Assembly: GCA_030583805.1 (NCBI GenBank)
Contig: CP129476.1
Span: 373,453 to 437,452 of the forward strand
DNA from: Patescibacteria group bacterium
GTDB taxonomy: Bacteria; Patescibacteriota; Patescibacteriia; SG8-24; DYFX01
Direction of reading: 5' to 3'
DNA: 64,000 nucleotides
Below are positions 1 to 9,609 of this stretch, in pieces. How positions within the stretch are numbered: position 1 is the stretch's first letter; each line of letters starts with the position of its first letter. The position numbers and the translations under genes were made by a program. The notes under the pieces are model-generated. The model saw only the letters and a program-made list of their open reading frames with translations, had not been told where the DNA came from and searched no databases.

Positions 1-1086
1 CGCGGGCGGCACCTTGATCGTCGGCGATGACGCCATGAGCTGGCTGAAGGTCATCGTCTTCACGGCGCCGGAGTTCGGCGTGACCGTCCTTGGCAGCGCG
101 GGCAGCGCAGCCTTGGGCAACACGGGCGCTTTCGGCGCCGTCATGGTGCGGGGCGACGGAACCGTCGCCTTCAAGGATGCCTGCAGCCGCTCGAGCGCAG
201 TCCGCATCTCCGTCGCCGACGCGTACCGATCTTCCGGCTTTTTCGACATCGCCTTGCGGACGATCTCGATCATGCCGGGAGGAACCGGTCCGCGAGGCGA
301 GACGATTGCAGGCATCGGCGCCGCGATCTGCTTGTGCAGCACCTCGGGAGCCGTGCCGTCATACGGCGGACGACCGGTCAAGAGCTGGAACAGGACCGTG
401 GCGAGCGCGTAGAGATCCGCGCGGCCGTCGATCTTGCCATGTCCCATGACCTGCTCGGGCGAGATGTGCAAGGGCGAACCCATAGCCATACCCGTCTGCG
501 TCAGATCGTTCTGCCGCAGCGTGTCCTTCACGAGTCCGAAGTCCAGAATCACCATGCGACCATCGGGCATCAGCATGAGATTGTGCGGCTTCAGATCGCG
601 ATGGATCATGCCGGCGGCATGGATCACCTCAAGGCCCCGAAGGACCTCGACTGCGATCCGTACGACCTGCTCGGGCGGGAGCGGCTTGTTGCCCTCCGTC
701 AGCTGCCGGAGCGTGCGTCCGTCGAGATACTCCATGACGAGCAAGTGCTTGCCGGTCAGATCGACCACGAAGTCGTACACGGTCACGACGTTCGGATGAT
801 TGATCTTCGCGGCCGCCTTCGCTTCGATTTCGAAGCGCTTCACGGCTGCTCGCTTGGCATCGGGACCCGTCATTGGGAGGCTGATCACCTTGATGGCGAC
901 CTTGCGACCCAGCGTCGGATCCACGCCAAGGTAGACTTCGCCCATGCCGCCGGAACCAAGCGTGCGCTCGATCCGATAACGGCCGAGAAACTGTCCTCGC
1001 GTGGGCGCGGCGTCGACCTTCGGTCGTCGACCGCGCGCGATTTTTTCCTTGAGCGCGCGATCGGTATCCGTCGTGTGGTTCGGCAA
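1..1086 (-). CDS. Ser/Thr protein kinase (Hanks type), C-terminus runs off window start; probable TTG start near 1086 with AGAGGGGG RBS
   Basis: Reverse-strand translation gives GxGxxG loop (LGSGGMGEVY), VAIK, HRDLKPHN, DFG, SPE motifs; no ATG so absent from ORF track; sigma70-like promoter upstream. Confidence 0.75.
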   Translation of the reverse strand, partial: MPNHTTDTDRALKEKIARGRRPKVDAAPTRGQFLGRYRIERTLGSGGMGEVYLGVDPTLGRKVAIKVISLPMTGPDAKRAAVKRFEIEAKAAAKINHPNVVTVYDFVVDLTGKHLLVMEYLDGRTLRQLTEGNKPLPPEQVVRIAVEVLRGLEVIHAAGMIHRDLKPHNLMLMPDGRMVILDFGLVKDTLRQNDLTQTGMAMGSPLHISPEQVMGHGKIDGRADLYALATVLFQLLTGRPPYDGTAPEVLHKQIAAPMPAIVSPRGPVPPGMIEIVRKAMSKKPEDRYASATEMRTALERLQASLKATVPSPRTMTAPKAPVLPKAALPALPRTVTPNSGAVKTMTFSQLMASSPTIKVPPA

Positions 1087-1217
1087 GGGAGACCCCCTCT
1101 TGTGATGCGGGTTCGTTGACGGTTTGGTCAATGAGCATTCCAAAGGCAAATGCCCTAGGAAACGGCTGACTTTAGCCTAAAAAGGCCGTGTTGTCAAGAG
1201 TCTATCGCTTTTTTCGC

Positions 1218-2495
1218 TTAGTTCAGCCAATCCTTTGACTGCCGGACGAGGAGCTCTCCGGCGCGCTCCGGTTCAGCCATCAATTCCTTGACAATGCGTT
1301 CCGTACGGATGCCCTGCGACCCCTTGATCAAAACGAGGTCTCCGGGACGAATGCGCTCCTGCAAAAAACGCCCTGCTTCCTGCGAATTTTGGAAATGAAA
1401 GACGCGTTCTTCGTTCATGCCGGCTTCCCGGGCGCCGCGGCAAAGCGAAGCGGAAGCGGCACCGACGCCGATCAAAAGTTCGATGCCGGAGCGCGCCGCG
1501 AGTTGTCCGATACGGTGATGCGCGCTCTCCGTCAGCGCGCCGAGTTCGAGCATGTCGCCAAGGACGGCGATGCGCCGTCCGCCGTCGCGCACGGGCAGCC
1601 GCTGGAACGTGCCGAGCGCGAGCTCAGCGGCTCGCGGCGACGAGTTATAGCTGTCATCGACCAGCATCGTTTCCTTGATACCCGGCAAGACGCGCAAGCG
1701 TCCCGGCGGCGGTTCGTATTCAGCGAGACCGAACGGGATCATGGCCGGATCGATATGGAATGCGAGCGCGACCGAAGCGGCCGCGAGCGCGGCGTAGACA
1801 TTGCCGTCGCCGAGCGCATTCGGAAGATTCACCGGGAAACGCTTGCCGTCGATCACGAGGTCGAAGCGCGTAAAAACCGTCCCGAGCGCCAGTTCCGGTT
1901 CGGCGCGTTCGGCGCGCACGAAGGCGCCTTCGCCGAAGCCGAAGAGCACGGCGCGCGGCGCATGCGCCTTCATATCGACGACGCGGGCGTCATCGGCGTT
2001 CAAGACGGCCGTCCCGTCCTTGGACAGGCTGCGAACGATAGAACCCTCTTCTTCCGCCACGCCATCGAGATCGCCGAGAAACTCCGTATGCTCTTCCGCG
2101 ATCGCCGTGAGCACGGCGACGTCCGGCGGCGCGATGGACGCGAGGTACGCCAAATCGCCCGGATGGTCCGTCGCCATTTCAAGCACCAAGACGCGCGGGT
2201 ATGGCCGCGCGGGTCCGAAGGCGAGAAGGAAGCCGCGCCACAAAATCGCCGCCCAAGCGAACGGCGAGCGGCCGCCTGATTTCGCTTCGCCGAGAATCGT
2301 GAGCGGCACGCCGATTTCGTTGTTGTGATTCTTCGCGCTTCCTCGCGTCGGAAACGAGCGCGCCAACGTCGCCGCGACGGCTCGCGTCGTGGATGTCTTT
2401 CCAACCGAGCCTGCGACCGCGACGATCTTCGGCGCGTACCGAGCCAAGACCGCGCGCGCCAGAAATGCGAGAAGCGCCTTGAGATGTTTCAGCAT
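1218..2495 (-). CDS. murF: UDP-N-acetylmuramoyl-tripeptide--D-alanyl-D-alanine ligase
   Basis: Mur ligase P-loop VAVAGSVGKTSTT, central and C-terminal Mur ligase domains; ATG at 2495 (MLKHLK) abuts ftsI stop at 2497; upstream part of track ORF 1218..2891 is read-through. Confidence 0.9.
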   Translation of the reverse strand: MLKHLKALLAFLARAVLARYAPKIVAVAGSVGKTSTTRAVAATLARSFPTRGSAKNHNNEIGVPLTILGEAKSGGRSPFAWAAILWRGFLLAFGPARPYPRVLVLEMATDHPGDLAYLASIAPPDVAVLTAIAEEHTEFLGDLDGVAEEEGSIVRSLSKDGTAVLNADDARVVDMKAHAPRAVLFGFGEGAFVRAERAEPELALGTVFTRFDLVIDGKRFPVNLPNALGDGNVYAALAAASVALAFHIDPAMIPFGLAEYEPPPGRLRVLPGIKETMLVDDSYNSSPRAAELALGTFQRLPVRDGGRRIAVLGDMLELGALTESAHHRIGQLAARSGIELLIGVGAASASLCRGAREAGMNEERVFHFQNSQEAGRFLQERIRPGDLVLIKGSQGIRTERIVKELMAEPERAGELLVRQSKDWLN

Positions 2496-2496
2496 A

Positions 2497-4200
2497 TTAG
2501 TTCCGTGTCGGCGGTACCTGATAATAATCCAGCAAGAATTTGGCGATGTCGCCGAAGAGCGGCGCGGCGGTCGATTCGGCGAATTGCACGCCTTCCGGAC
2601 GGTCGATGCGCACGACCATGACGAACTTCGGATCGTCGACCGGCCCGAAACCGGCGAAGGAGCCGATTGTTTGCCCGACCTCGTAGCCGCCGCCGTCTTG
2701 GCGCGGAATCTGGGCGGTGCCGGTCTTGCCGGCGATCCAATACCCCGGCACGCCTGCACGCTTACCATGCCCATTTTCGACCACGGCGACAAGCATACCG
2801 GAAAGCAGCTCGGCGGCGCGCTCGGACATGACGCGCCGCACGGACTTCGGCGCGCGCTTCTCGACTGTGCCGTCGGCGCGGCGCACTTCATCGACGACGT
2901 ACGGTTTCATGAGCACGCCGTCATTCGCGATCGCGGCGTATGCCGAGGCGATTTGCAGCACCGTCACGGTGATGCCCTGGCCGTAAGAAGCCGTCGCCGA
3001 CCAAATGTCGCCTTTGCGCGAAAGCGACTCGATGTTACCGGCAGCTTCGGTCTGCAATTCGATCCCGGTTTTTTGACCGAAACCGAAATCGCGCACGTAG
3101 GCGAGGAATTTTTGCGGCCCGAGGCGGTGCACGATGTCGACCAAACCGGTGTTCAACGATTCGGTAAGCACGGTCGTCATATCGACGCGGCCGTGCGCCT
3201 TGAGATCGGAGTTGCGGATCGTGAACGGACCGATCTTCACTTCGCCCGGATCGTCGAAGATCGTCGAGGGCGTGATCTTTCCCGTATCGAGGCCCGCCGC
3301 CATGGTGATCGCCTTAAACACCGAGCCCGATTCATACGGTTCGAAAATCGCCGTGTTGTTATAGACATCGACGCTCTCCACCTTGCCGTAGTCGTTGGGA
3401 TCGAACGTGGGAGCGTTGCACATCGCGATCACCCCGCCCGTGCGCGGGTCGAGAATCACGACGCTCCCCTTCTGCGCATTGAATTTCTTGACCCACTCGT
3501 CCAATTTTTTGCAGGCGACGTATTGCACGGTGCGGTCGATCGTGAGCACGAGGTCGTCGCCGTCTTTCGCCGGCTGCAACGTGCGGTTGCCGACGGCGAT
3601 CACGCGGCCGCGCGAATCCTTTTCCGATTCGAGATACCCCTGCTCGCCCGCGAGGTCTTTCTCGAACCATCCCTCGATACCGTAGCGGCCGCTTTTGCCC
3701 TTGTCGCTCTCGCCGAGAAAGCCGAGCATCTGTCCGCCCGTTACGCCTTCCGGATAATAACGAAACGCCTCTTTCGTAAAGCCGATACCCTCGAGCTGCA
3801 ACGATTCGATTTTCTCGCGCGTTTCATCGTCGAGCTTCCGCGCCAGCACGCGATAGCGCTCCGTCGGACTGGAAAGTTTTCCGATCAGCTCCGCCTCCTC
3901 GATACCGAGGATCGGCGCGAGCGCCTGGGCGGTATTGATCGGCGTCTTGATGCGGAACGGTTCGGCAAACAAGAGGTTCAACGTGCGGTTCGTCGCGAGC
4001 AAGAACGCTTGGTCGTCCGATTGGCGGTCGCGCGCGTAGATTTTTCCGCGTTCCGGAAACAGGTGTTGAAACAAATCATGCTGACCCTCGGCGAGCGCGA
4101 CGTAAAAGTCGTACGACAGCACCTGAATGCGAAACAGCTGGCCGATAAGAAGCAGGCCGACTGCCAAAAAACCGAGTCGCAAAAGCCGCAACCGGTTCAT
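2497..4200 (-). CDS. ftsI: class B penicillin-binding protein / peptidoglycan D,D-transpeptidase
   Basis: N-terminal TM, PBP dimerisation domain, transpeptidase motifs SVFK, SDL/SxN-like, KTGTAQ. Confidence 0.9.
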   Translation of the reverse strand: MNRLRLLRLGFLAVGLLLIGQLFRIQVLSYDFYVALAEGQHDLFQHLFPERGKIYARDRQSDDQAFLLATNRTLNLLFAEPFRIKTPINTAQALAPILGIEEAELIGKLSSPTERYRVLARKLDDETREKIESLQLEGIGFTKEAFRYYPEGVTGGQMLGFLGESDKGKSGRYGIEGWFEKDLAGEQGYLESEKDSRGRVIAVGNRTLQPAKDGDDLVLTIDRTVQYVACKKLDEWVKKFNAQKGSVVILDPRTGGVIAMCNAPTFDPNDYGKVESVDVYNNTAIFEPYESGSVFKAITMAAGLDTGKITPSTIFDDPGEVKIGPFTIRNSDLKAHGRVDMTTVLTESLNTGLVDIVHRLGPQKFLAYVRDFGFGQKTGIELQTEAAGNIESLSRKGDIWSATASYGQGITVTVLQIASAYAAIANDGVLMKPYVVDEVRRADGTVEKRAPKSVRRVMSERAAELLSGMLVAVVENGHGKRAGVPGYWIAGKTGTAQIPRQDGGGYEVGQTIGSFAGFGPVDDPKFVMVVRIDRPEGVQFAESTAAPLFGDIAKFLLDYYQVPPTRN

Positions 4201-5375
4201 AGGCCGAACCCGAACAAGGGGCCGGGCCCGACGGGATTCATGCCCTTTTCAACCTCAAGGCCGTCGGCGTAGCCGTCGCCGTCGGTATCGGGATTCCAAG
4301 CATCAGCGCCGTAAAAGGCCTCTTGCGCGTCCACCAAGCCGTCATGGTCCGTGTCCGTACTTTGCACCTGCGCGCCGGGAAGGAGCGCGAGCGGCGACGT
4401 GGACGTCTCGGGAGCGCTTGAAGAACGGTCGCGTTCGCGATCGCCGGCAAGGCTTAAGCGTTTTTCAAAAAGCGGTCCGAGCACCTTCTCGACGTCTTCC
4501 GCCTCCGGCGCGTCGACGCGCACGGGCTTTCCTTCATCTGAGAAGACGAGGGTGCCGGCAGCCGCGCCGCTCTTGCCATCAAGTCCGAGCGACGTGCCGA
4601 GCGTGAGCTGCTTGAACTTGCGCGTTTTGGCATCGACCCAAATCTCGCCGACGGGGCGATTCCACTGCATGAGCTCTCCCGTGACGACTAAGACGTCTTC
4701 GGACGTGAGTTCGCGCCCGAGGCTGAGCTCGCGGCGCTTGAGCATCAAGGCGGAGACCACTTCCATGTTCATCTCCACGGCATAATGGAACGACTTCGCG
4801 CCGGCGACCGTCTCTTTCGGAAGCGTTTCAACGACGGTAAAGAGGTCGACGGTTTGCAGGCTCTTTTTCATCATTTCAAACTCGGCCGCATCGAGCGCGG
4901 GCTCCGGAGATCCTGAAGCCAGGAGCAGATCGACGAACGGGCGCCCCGCTTTCATCCAAACGCCGACGATGCGGTCCGCGTCGACGCCTTGCACGCCTTC
5001 CATCGTTTGAAGCTTGAGATAGTGCACGCCGTCTTTGCGCCGCGCCTCGCCCACGAGCTTGGCTTGGCCGCCTGACGTCAGCCCTTGGGAGAGCTCGAAC
5101 ATCGAAACCGAAGCTTGTCGCATCGGATCGGTGCGATCGACATCCATCCGCACCGCGATGTCGACGCCCGTCGCGTTCGCGACGACGCCGCTCTCTAACT
5201 CTTTCGGCACGCCGACGACCGTCGCGCTCAGATCGACGTGGAACGTTTTTTCCGCCAGCAAATTTTTTGCGGCCTGGCGCAACACCGCTTGCGGATCGGG
5301 TTCGCGCAAAAAGAAGACGGCGGTCGCGACGGCGGCGAGCGCAAGGAAGCCGAGAATGATGGCGCGTTTAGACAT
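4197..5375 (-). CDS. membrane-anchored periplasmic protein with C-terminal DxDxDG calcium-binding (thrombospondin type 3-like) repeats, sits where ftsL would be
   Basis: N-terminal TM helix, large soluble domain, DTDHDGLVDAQE and DTDGDGYADGLE motifs; 4-nt overlap with ftsI. Confidence 0.5.
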   Translation of the reverse strand: MSKRAIILGFLALAAVATAVFFLREPDPQAVLRQAAKNLLAEKTFHVDLSATVVGVPKELESGVVANATGVDIAVRMDVDRTDPMRQASVSMFELSQGLTSGGQAKLVGEARRKDGVHYLKLQTMEGVQGVDADRIVGVWMKAGRPFVDLLLASGSPEPALDAAEFEMMKKSLQTVDLFTVVETLPKETVAGAKSFHYAVEMNMEVVSALMLKRRELSLGRELTSEDVLVVTGELMQWNRPVGEIWVDAKTRKFKQLTLGTSLGLDGKSGAAAGTLVFSDEGKPVRVDAPEAEDVEKVLGPLFEKRLSLAGDRERDRSSSAPETSTSPLALLPGAQVQSTDTDHDGLVDAQEAFYGADAWNPDTDGDGYADGLEVEKGMNPVGPGPLFGFGL

Positions 5376-6633
5376 CTTCGAGATACTTCCGTCCCTTGAG
5401 GGACGTTGGCAAATAGTCCTGCTCGACCGGTTCCTTGAAATCAGGGTTGTACTTGTAACCCTTGCCGTATCCGACGCTCTTCATGAGCTTGGTCGGGGCG
5501 TTTCGCAAATGCAGGGGCACGCCCTCGTTGGGAAACTCCCGAATATCGGCTTGGACGCGCTGGTAGCCGACGTAGAGCGCATTCGATTTCGGCGCGCGGG
5601 CGCAATAGGCCACGGCCTGCGCGAGAATGACGTTGCATTCCGGCATGCCGATCTGGTGACAAGCCTGGTAGGCGGCCACGCATTGCGTGAGCGCGTTCGG
5701 ATCGGCCAGACCGATATCTTCCGAAGCGAAACGCACGATGCGCCGCGCGACGTAGAGCGGATCCTCCCCCGCCTCGAGCATGCGCCCGAGCCAGTAGAGC
5801 GCCGCGTCCGCGTCCGAACCGCGCATCGACTTATGCAGCGCTGAAATGATGTTGTAATGCTCCTCCCCCTGCCGGTCGTACAGCAGGTGGTTTTTTTGAA
5901 GCGTCTTGGCGAGCGCTTCCTTCTTCAAGAATACCACGTTTTTCGCGTCCGGCCGAACACTGCGCAGGCCGAGTTCCAAGCCGTTCAGGGCGGAACGGGC
6001 GTCGCCGTTCGCGATCGAAGCCAGGTATTTCGTCGCTTCCTTGTCGAGCTTGATTTTGTAGGGATAGACGCCGCGGTCTTGCACGAGCGCGAGCGCGCGC
6101 TTCAGCACGGATTCGATCGCTTCAACCGAAAGCGCTTTCAAAACAAACACGCGCGAACGCGACAAAAGAGCGCTGTTCACCTCGAACGACGGATTCTCGG
6201 TGGTCGCGCCGATCAGCGTGACGGTACCGTCTTCGACGTGCGGCAAAAACGCGTCCTGCTGGGCTTTGTTCCAGCGGTGAATTTCGTCGATGAACACGAT
6301 CGTTCTTTCGCCATGCAACGCGCGCCGTTCGCGCGCTTCTTCAACCGCGCGTTTCAAATCGGCGATGCCGGACGTCGTCGCCGAAAGCGAAACGAAGCGC
6401 GACTTCGTCGTGCCGGCGATAATGCGCGCGAGCGTCGTCTTGCCGACGCCCGGCGGACCCCAAAAAATCATCGAGGGCACCGCGTCCAATTCCAAAAGCG
6501 TCCGAAGCGGCGAACCTTCGCCGACGAGCTCATCTTGCCCGACCAGGTCGTCCAGCGTCCGGGGGCGCATGAGCTCGGCGAGTGGCGCCTGGGACTCCTT
6601 TGTTTTTTCGGTTTTGAGGTCAAAGAGATCCAT
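5368..6633 (-). CDS. rarA: replication-associated recombination protein A (AAA+ ATPase MgsA/RarA)
   Basis: Walker A GPPGVGKTTLA, Walker B VFIDEIHR, MgsA C-terminal domain. Confidence 0.9.
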   Translation of the reverse strand: MDLFDLKTEKTKESQAPLAELMRPRTLDDLVGQDELVGEGSPLRTLLELDAVPSMIFWGPPGVGKTTLARIIAGTTKSRFVSLSATTSGIADLKRAVEEARERRALHGERTIVFIDEIHRWNKAQQDAFLPHVEDGTVTLIGATTENPSFEVNSALLSRSRVFVLKALSVEAIESVLKRALALVQDRGVYPYKIKLDKEATKYLASIANGDARSALNGLELGLRSVRPDAKNVVFLKKEALAKTLQKNHLLYDRQGEEHYNIISALHKSMRGSDADAALYWLGRMLEAGEDPLYVARRIVRFASEDIGLADPNALTQCVAAYQACHQIGMPECNVILAQAVAYCARAPKSNALYVGYQRVQADIREFPNEGVPLHLRNAPTKLMKSVGYGKGYKYNPDFKEPVEQDYLPTSLKGRKYLEDV

Positions 6634-6718
6634 GATCGCATTCTACAGGAACGCCGGGCGAACGGGTCAAGGAAGCGTGAACATACGAAAAACACCCGGC
6701 ATAACCGCGTGTTTTTCA

Positions 6719-6793
6719 TGGTCGGAATGACAGGGATTGAACCTGCGGCCTCTCGCACCCGAAGCGAGCGCTCTACCGCTGAGCTACATTCCG
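6719..6793 (-). tRNA. tRNA-Pro (anticodon CGG)
   Basis: Cloverleaf folded by hand: acceptor CGGAATG/CATTCCG, anticodon loop TTCGGGT, T-loop TTCAATC, CCA encoded. Confidence 0.8.
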
Positions 6794-6852
6794 ATAGCTG
6801 ACTGAACGTGGGTATCCTACATGCCTAGGGCGGTTTTGGCAAGGCTTCCGCG

Positions 6853-6881
6853 TTGACATTCCCCCTCGCCTACCCTACGCT
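6853..6881 (+). promoter_or_regulatory. sigma70-like promoter TTGACA-17-TACGCT for membrane protein gene
   Basis: -35/-10 hexamers with exact 17-nt spacer about 30 nt upstream of TTG start and GGAGGTG RBS. Confidence 0.5.
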
Positions 6882-6910
6882 GGCCGCACCCAACACAACG
6901 GAGGTGTACC

Positions 6911-7312
6911 TTGTCCGAAAGACTGCTGCGAATCGTTTCGATCGTCCTCGGTCTCGTCTCGTACTATGCGCTGCAGAACGGCCATTTCCTGATCGGCGGG
7001 GCCGCTCTGGCCGCCAACGGGTTGCTCATGCTGGCGACGCCGCGGAAGCCCTGGGCGCGCGCGCTCGGCGCCGCCATCATGCTCTTCGGCCTGTACATCG
7101 TCGCCGCCGCCCTCGGACTGCTCGCGTACGCCGCGCTGGCAGCACTGCCCCACTCGCTCGCCTTCGCGATCGGCGGCGGACTCATCCTGGGCGGGATCCT
7201 GATCATGCGGTCGATGCGGCCCACGGTCGGCAGCTCGACCTTCAAGATAGCCTGCGGTCTGGTCGGCGGCGGCGCCGTCCTCGTCGCTTACGGCCTTGGC
7301 TACTTCGGCTGA
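6911..7312 (+). CDS. small polytopic membrane protein (133 aa), TTG start
   Basis: Gly/Ala/Leu-rich hydrophobic ORF with 4 predicted TM helices; RBS GGAGGTG 6 nt upstream. Confidence 0.45.
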   Translation: MSERLLRIVSIVLGLVSYYALQNGHFLIGGAALAANGLLMLATPRKPWARALGAAIMLFGLYIVAAALGLLAYAALAALPHSLAFAIGGGLILGGILIMRSMRPTVGSSTFKIACGLVGGGAVLVAYGLGYFG

Positions 7313-7322
7313 CCTCTACGGT

Positions 7323-7364
7323 CAGTCTTTTCTTTTACCGAAAACGATGCCTAGAACGGCATCG
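7323..7364 (-). terminator. intrinsic terminator (hairpin CGATGCC-N6-GGCATCG + U-run) after exonuclease gene
   Basis: 7-bp perfect stem overlapping stop codon, followed on minus strand by TTTTCGGTAAAAGAAAAG. Confidence 0.5.
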
Positions 7365-7917
7365 TCAGGTTGATCGGGTTCGGTTTTGACGTCGGGAGTT
7401 TCCAATTGACCTTCACGGCTTTCTTCGACGCCGCGCGATCAAGATAGAAGATTTCTCCATGCTGCAGCCCGTAGTCGTAGACTTCCTTCGTCACTTTCAC
7501 GTCTTGAAGGCAGTAGGCCCGCAGCTTGTCGAGTTCGCCTTTGCGGAAATATTCGAGCGCTTGAAGCCCGTGGCCGCTCTTGCCGATGCCGAGCGTCGCT
7601 TGCGCCACAGCATCGAGCTTCAATCGGAAGCCGAGGCTGGCGGTGATGACTTCGAGCAAATCGAGGCTCGGAAACGTGAGGAAGTCGCCGGGATAGTAGC
7701 TGTTCATCACCGGGTAATCGAATCCCTTGGTGTTATAGCCGATGATGCGGTCAGCGCGTTCGAGGCGCGGCCACAAGTTCGGCAATTCGTGTTCGAGATA
7801 GCTCGCGTATTCGTCCGTTTCGTAGTAGTAGACGCCAATCAGCGTGATCTTCGGCATCGCGCCGTTCGCGCCGATCAATCCGTCCGTTTCGATATCAAGT
7901 ACGACTTCCTTCGACAT
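7351..7917 (-). CDS. DEDDy-type 3'-5' exonuclease (DnaQ/RNase D-like)
   Basis: Exo I LDIETDGL, Exo II GYNTKGFDYPV, Exo III YCLQDVKV; ATG at 7917 (MSKEVV); upstream 80 codons of track ORF are read-through. Confidence 0.75.
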   Translation of the reverse strand: MSKEVVLDIETDGLIGANGAMPKITLIGVYYYETDEYASYLEHELPNLWPRLERADRIIGYNTKGFDYPVMNSYYPGDFLTFPSLDLLEVITASLGFRLKLDAVAQATLGIGKSGHGLQALEYFRKGELDKLRAYCLQDVKVTKEVYDYGLQHGEIFYLDRAASKKAVKVNWKLPTSKPNPINLTMPF

Positions 7918-7960
7918 ACGCTGCAGCCAGGCGGTGTGGATAATTCTGAGTGTTGGGCAC

Positions 7961-7969
7961 AGTATAACA
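7961..7969 (-). promoter_or_regulatory. extended -10 element TGTTATACT upstream of exonuclease gene
   Basis: Identical 13-mer TTGTTATACTGTG also found directly upstream of Smr (17365) and, as TGTTATACT, of the DUF4012 gene. Confidence 0.45.
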
Positions 7970-8169
7970 AATAAAAAACCGCCGTGAATCCGGTGTTCAG
8001 GGCGGCGTGTCGGCTCGCAACCGACGCCCTCACGTCTCGACGCGTCGGTATCGCAGGTTCCCCTGCGCGTCCTACCACCACGTGAGGAAGCGTGGCGCGG
8101 ACCCCCTGGGACAGCGCCCAGATCGGTAACTTGATACCACAAACCTCCTCGCACGTCAAAGGCTCCTCG

Positions 8170-9609
8170 TCAGTTTCTCTTGCGCTTCCACGTGATCGTC
8201 TGGTACTGGTCAGCCGCCAGCGGGAAGCTCGGCGGCGGGCCGTAGAGCAAGTTGCCGTCGTAAATAATATTACGGATCTGGTACCCCGTACCGTCGGAAT
8301 AGGCAAAACCATAACGCTCATTCGTGCCAATCATGCCATAGAGCGTAATCATTTGTCGGAGATGGTAGGGCGAACATCTATTCTGCCCATTTGTCGGCGG
8401 GCGGTAGTAATAGCGCCCGATGCGTCCGTTTTGCGCAATCAGCGCCGCGTCAATACGCAACGTGTTCGAACTGATCATCCCCACGTTAAAATTGCCTTGT
8501 GCGACGAGGGCGATAACGTCCTGACCATCGTAATTCGTGTAAAGAAGATCCTCATTCACGGTGATGTGCATGCGCTTCGCGGGGTTGTCGGGGAAACGGG
8601 CGGCCGCGACCGTGACGCGCGCCGTATCGATCTGCCCCTCGACCCACACGTTGTCTTCGACGAACAGGATCCCGTTGTGCGGCAAGTCGTAGTTCTGCAA
8701 AAAGGACTGCGTATTGACGCTCCATGTGCCCCAGTCATGTTGTCCCAACACGGAAGTACAACCGTTTGGCACCGGAATGACAGAGTTCACAACGTAGAGA
8801 TCGAACGTGTCGTTCGTTTGAAACACGATGCGGTAGCCAAGCGCCCCGGAAGCGGCAAAATACCGCCCGTCCAATTGAGCGTCTGACTTCATTTGCGCCA
8901 AGTTTGCGGAGAGACCCGCAAAGTCGATCGCGGGTACGCCGACATATCGCCCGGCCTCAAATACGTCCGTGCGTGCCGGAAGCGTCGCGGGCGGCAAGGG
9001 ATCTGTTGGGAATACGTGCGTATGCACGCCGTGCTCATTGCTTCCGGAATGATCTGGATCGTTATATTCGACTTGGGCGCTCGTAACGACGTTATGAACC
9101 AAGCCGTCAAACCGAATGCCGCTATTCGAATGGATGGAGCCAAAGACCTCTGTGCCGGGCCCAAAGTTCATCTCATCGTTTGCGACAACGCTGTACTTTG
9201 CCAGAGAGGGTTTACCCATTCGCACCTCGATAACCTCCTCGACGCTTGCTGTGGATTCCAAACGTCCCGTCGACGTGATTGTCACGACTGTAGAGCCGAC
9301 CGGCGGCGGCGTAATATCGAGCGCGAAGTGGCCAATGACTTCGCCTGACGCGTCTTTGTACTCATGCACGTAAGGACCTGCCGTGCCGGTACCATCCTGG
9401 AAATCGAGCGGCGCATGCGCCAAATGCCAGCGGTAGTATTCAATGCCAGCCTCAGCAACCTGGACGGCCAGTTGGCGCTGTTGCGCAGCGCGACCAGCTT
9501 TTAACATGATAAGCGTCCATTGAACGATTCCAGTTAAAACCGCAATGCCGACACTCGCAAAGACGAGTGTTTGTACAAGCGCTTGGCCGGATGGAGGTCG
9601 GCGGTTCAT
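8170..9609 (-). CDS. large pilus-associated protein with N-terminal TM/pilin-like hydrophobic segment (PilX/TadG-like)
   Basis: N-terminal hydrophobic helix LVFASVGIAVLTGIVQW, beta-rich remainder; 4-nt overlap with upstream pilin gene. Confidence 0.5.
   Translation of the reverse strand: MNRRPPSGQALVQTLVFASVGIAVLTGIVQWTLIMLKAGRAAQQRQLAVQVAEAGIEYYRWHLAHAPLDFQDGTGTAGPYVHEYKDASGEVIGHFALDITPPPVGSTVVTITSTGRLESTASVEEVIEVRMGKPSLAKYSVVANDEMNFGPGTEVFGSIHSNSGIRFDGLVHNVVTSAQVEYNDPDHSGSNEHGVHTHVFPTDPLPPATLPARTDVFEAGRYVGVPAIDFAGLSANLAQMKSDAQLDGRYFAASGALGYRIVFQTNDTFDLYVVNSVIPVPNGCTSVLGQHDWGTWSVNTQSFLQNYDLPHNGILFVEDNVWVEGQIDTARVTVAAARFPDNPAKRMHITVNEDLLYTNYDGQDVIALVAQGNFNVGMISSNTLRIDAALIAQNGRIGRYYYRPPTNGQNRCSPYHLRQMITLYGMIGTNERYGFAYSDGTGYQIRNIIYDGNLLYGPPPSFPLAADQYQTITWKRKRN

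Noticed and set aside
2389-4272. 627-aa plus-strand ORF antisense to ftsI (and similar long antisense ORFs at 14..412, 334..1119, 1389..2279, 15510..16856, 17389..18780, 19773..21074, 22205..23605, 33268..34344, 36220..37617, 47601..48953 minus, 55479..57059)
   Set aside because: Arg/Ala/Asp-rich low-complexity translations with no motifs; each lies opposite a gene with clear family signatures. High GC content suppresses stop codons on the antisense strand.
6634-6910. Integrated element next to tRNA-Pro
   Set aside because: No integrase or direct repeat of the tRNA 3' end was found. The flanking gene is a small membrane protein with an ordinary promoter.
7975-8169. SRP RNA / 6S RNA / tmRNA identity for the structured gap
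   Set aside because: The hairpins are simple perfect stems and lack the asymmetric-loop SRP domain IV signature or tmRNA tag-ORF features. The region is kept only as an unclassified structured element.
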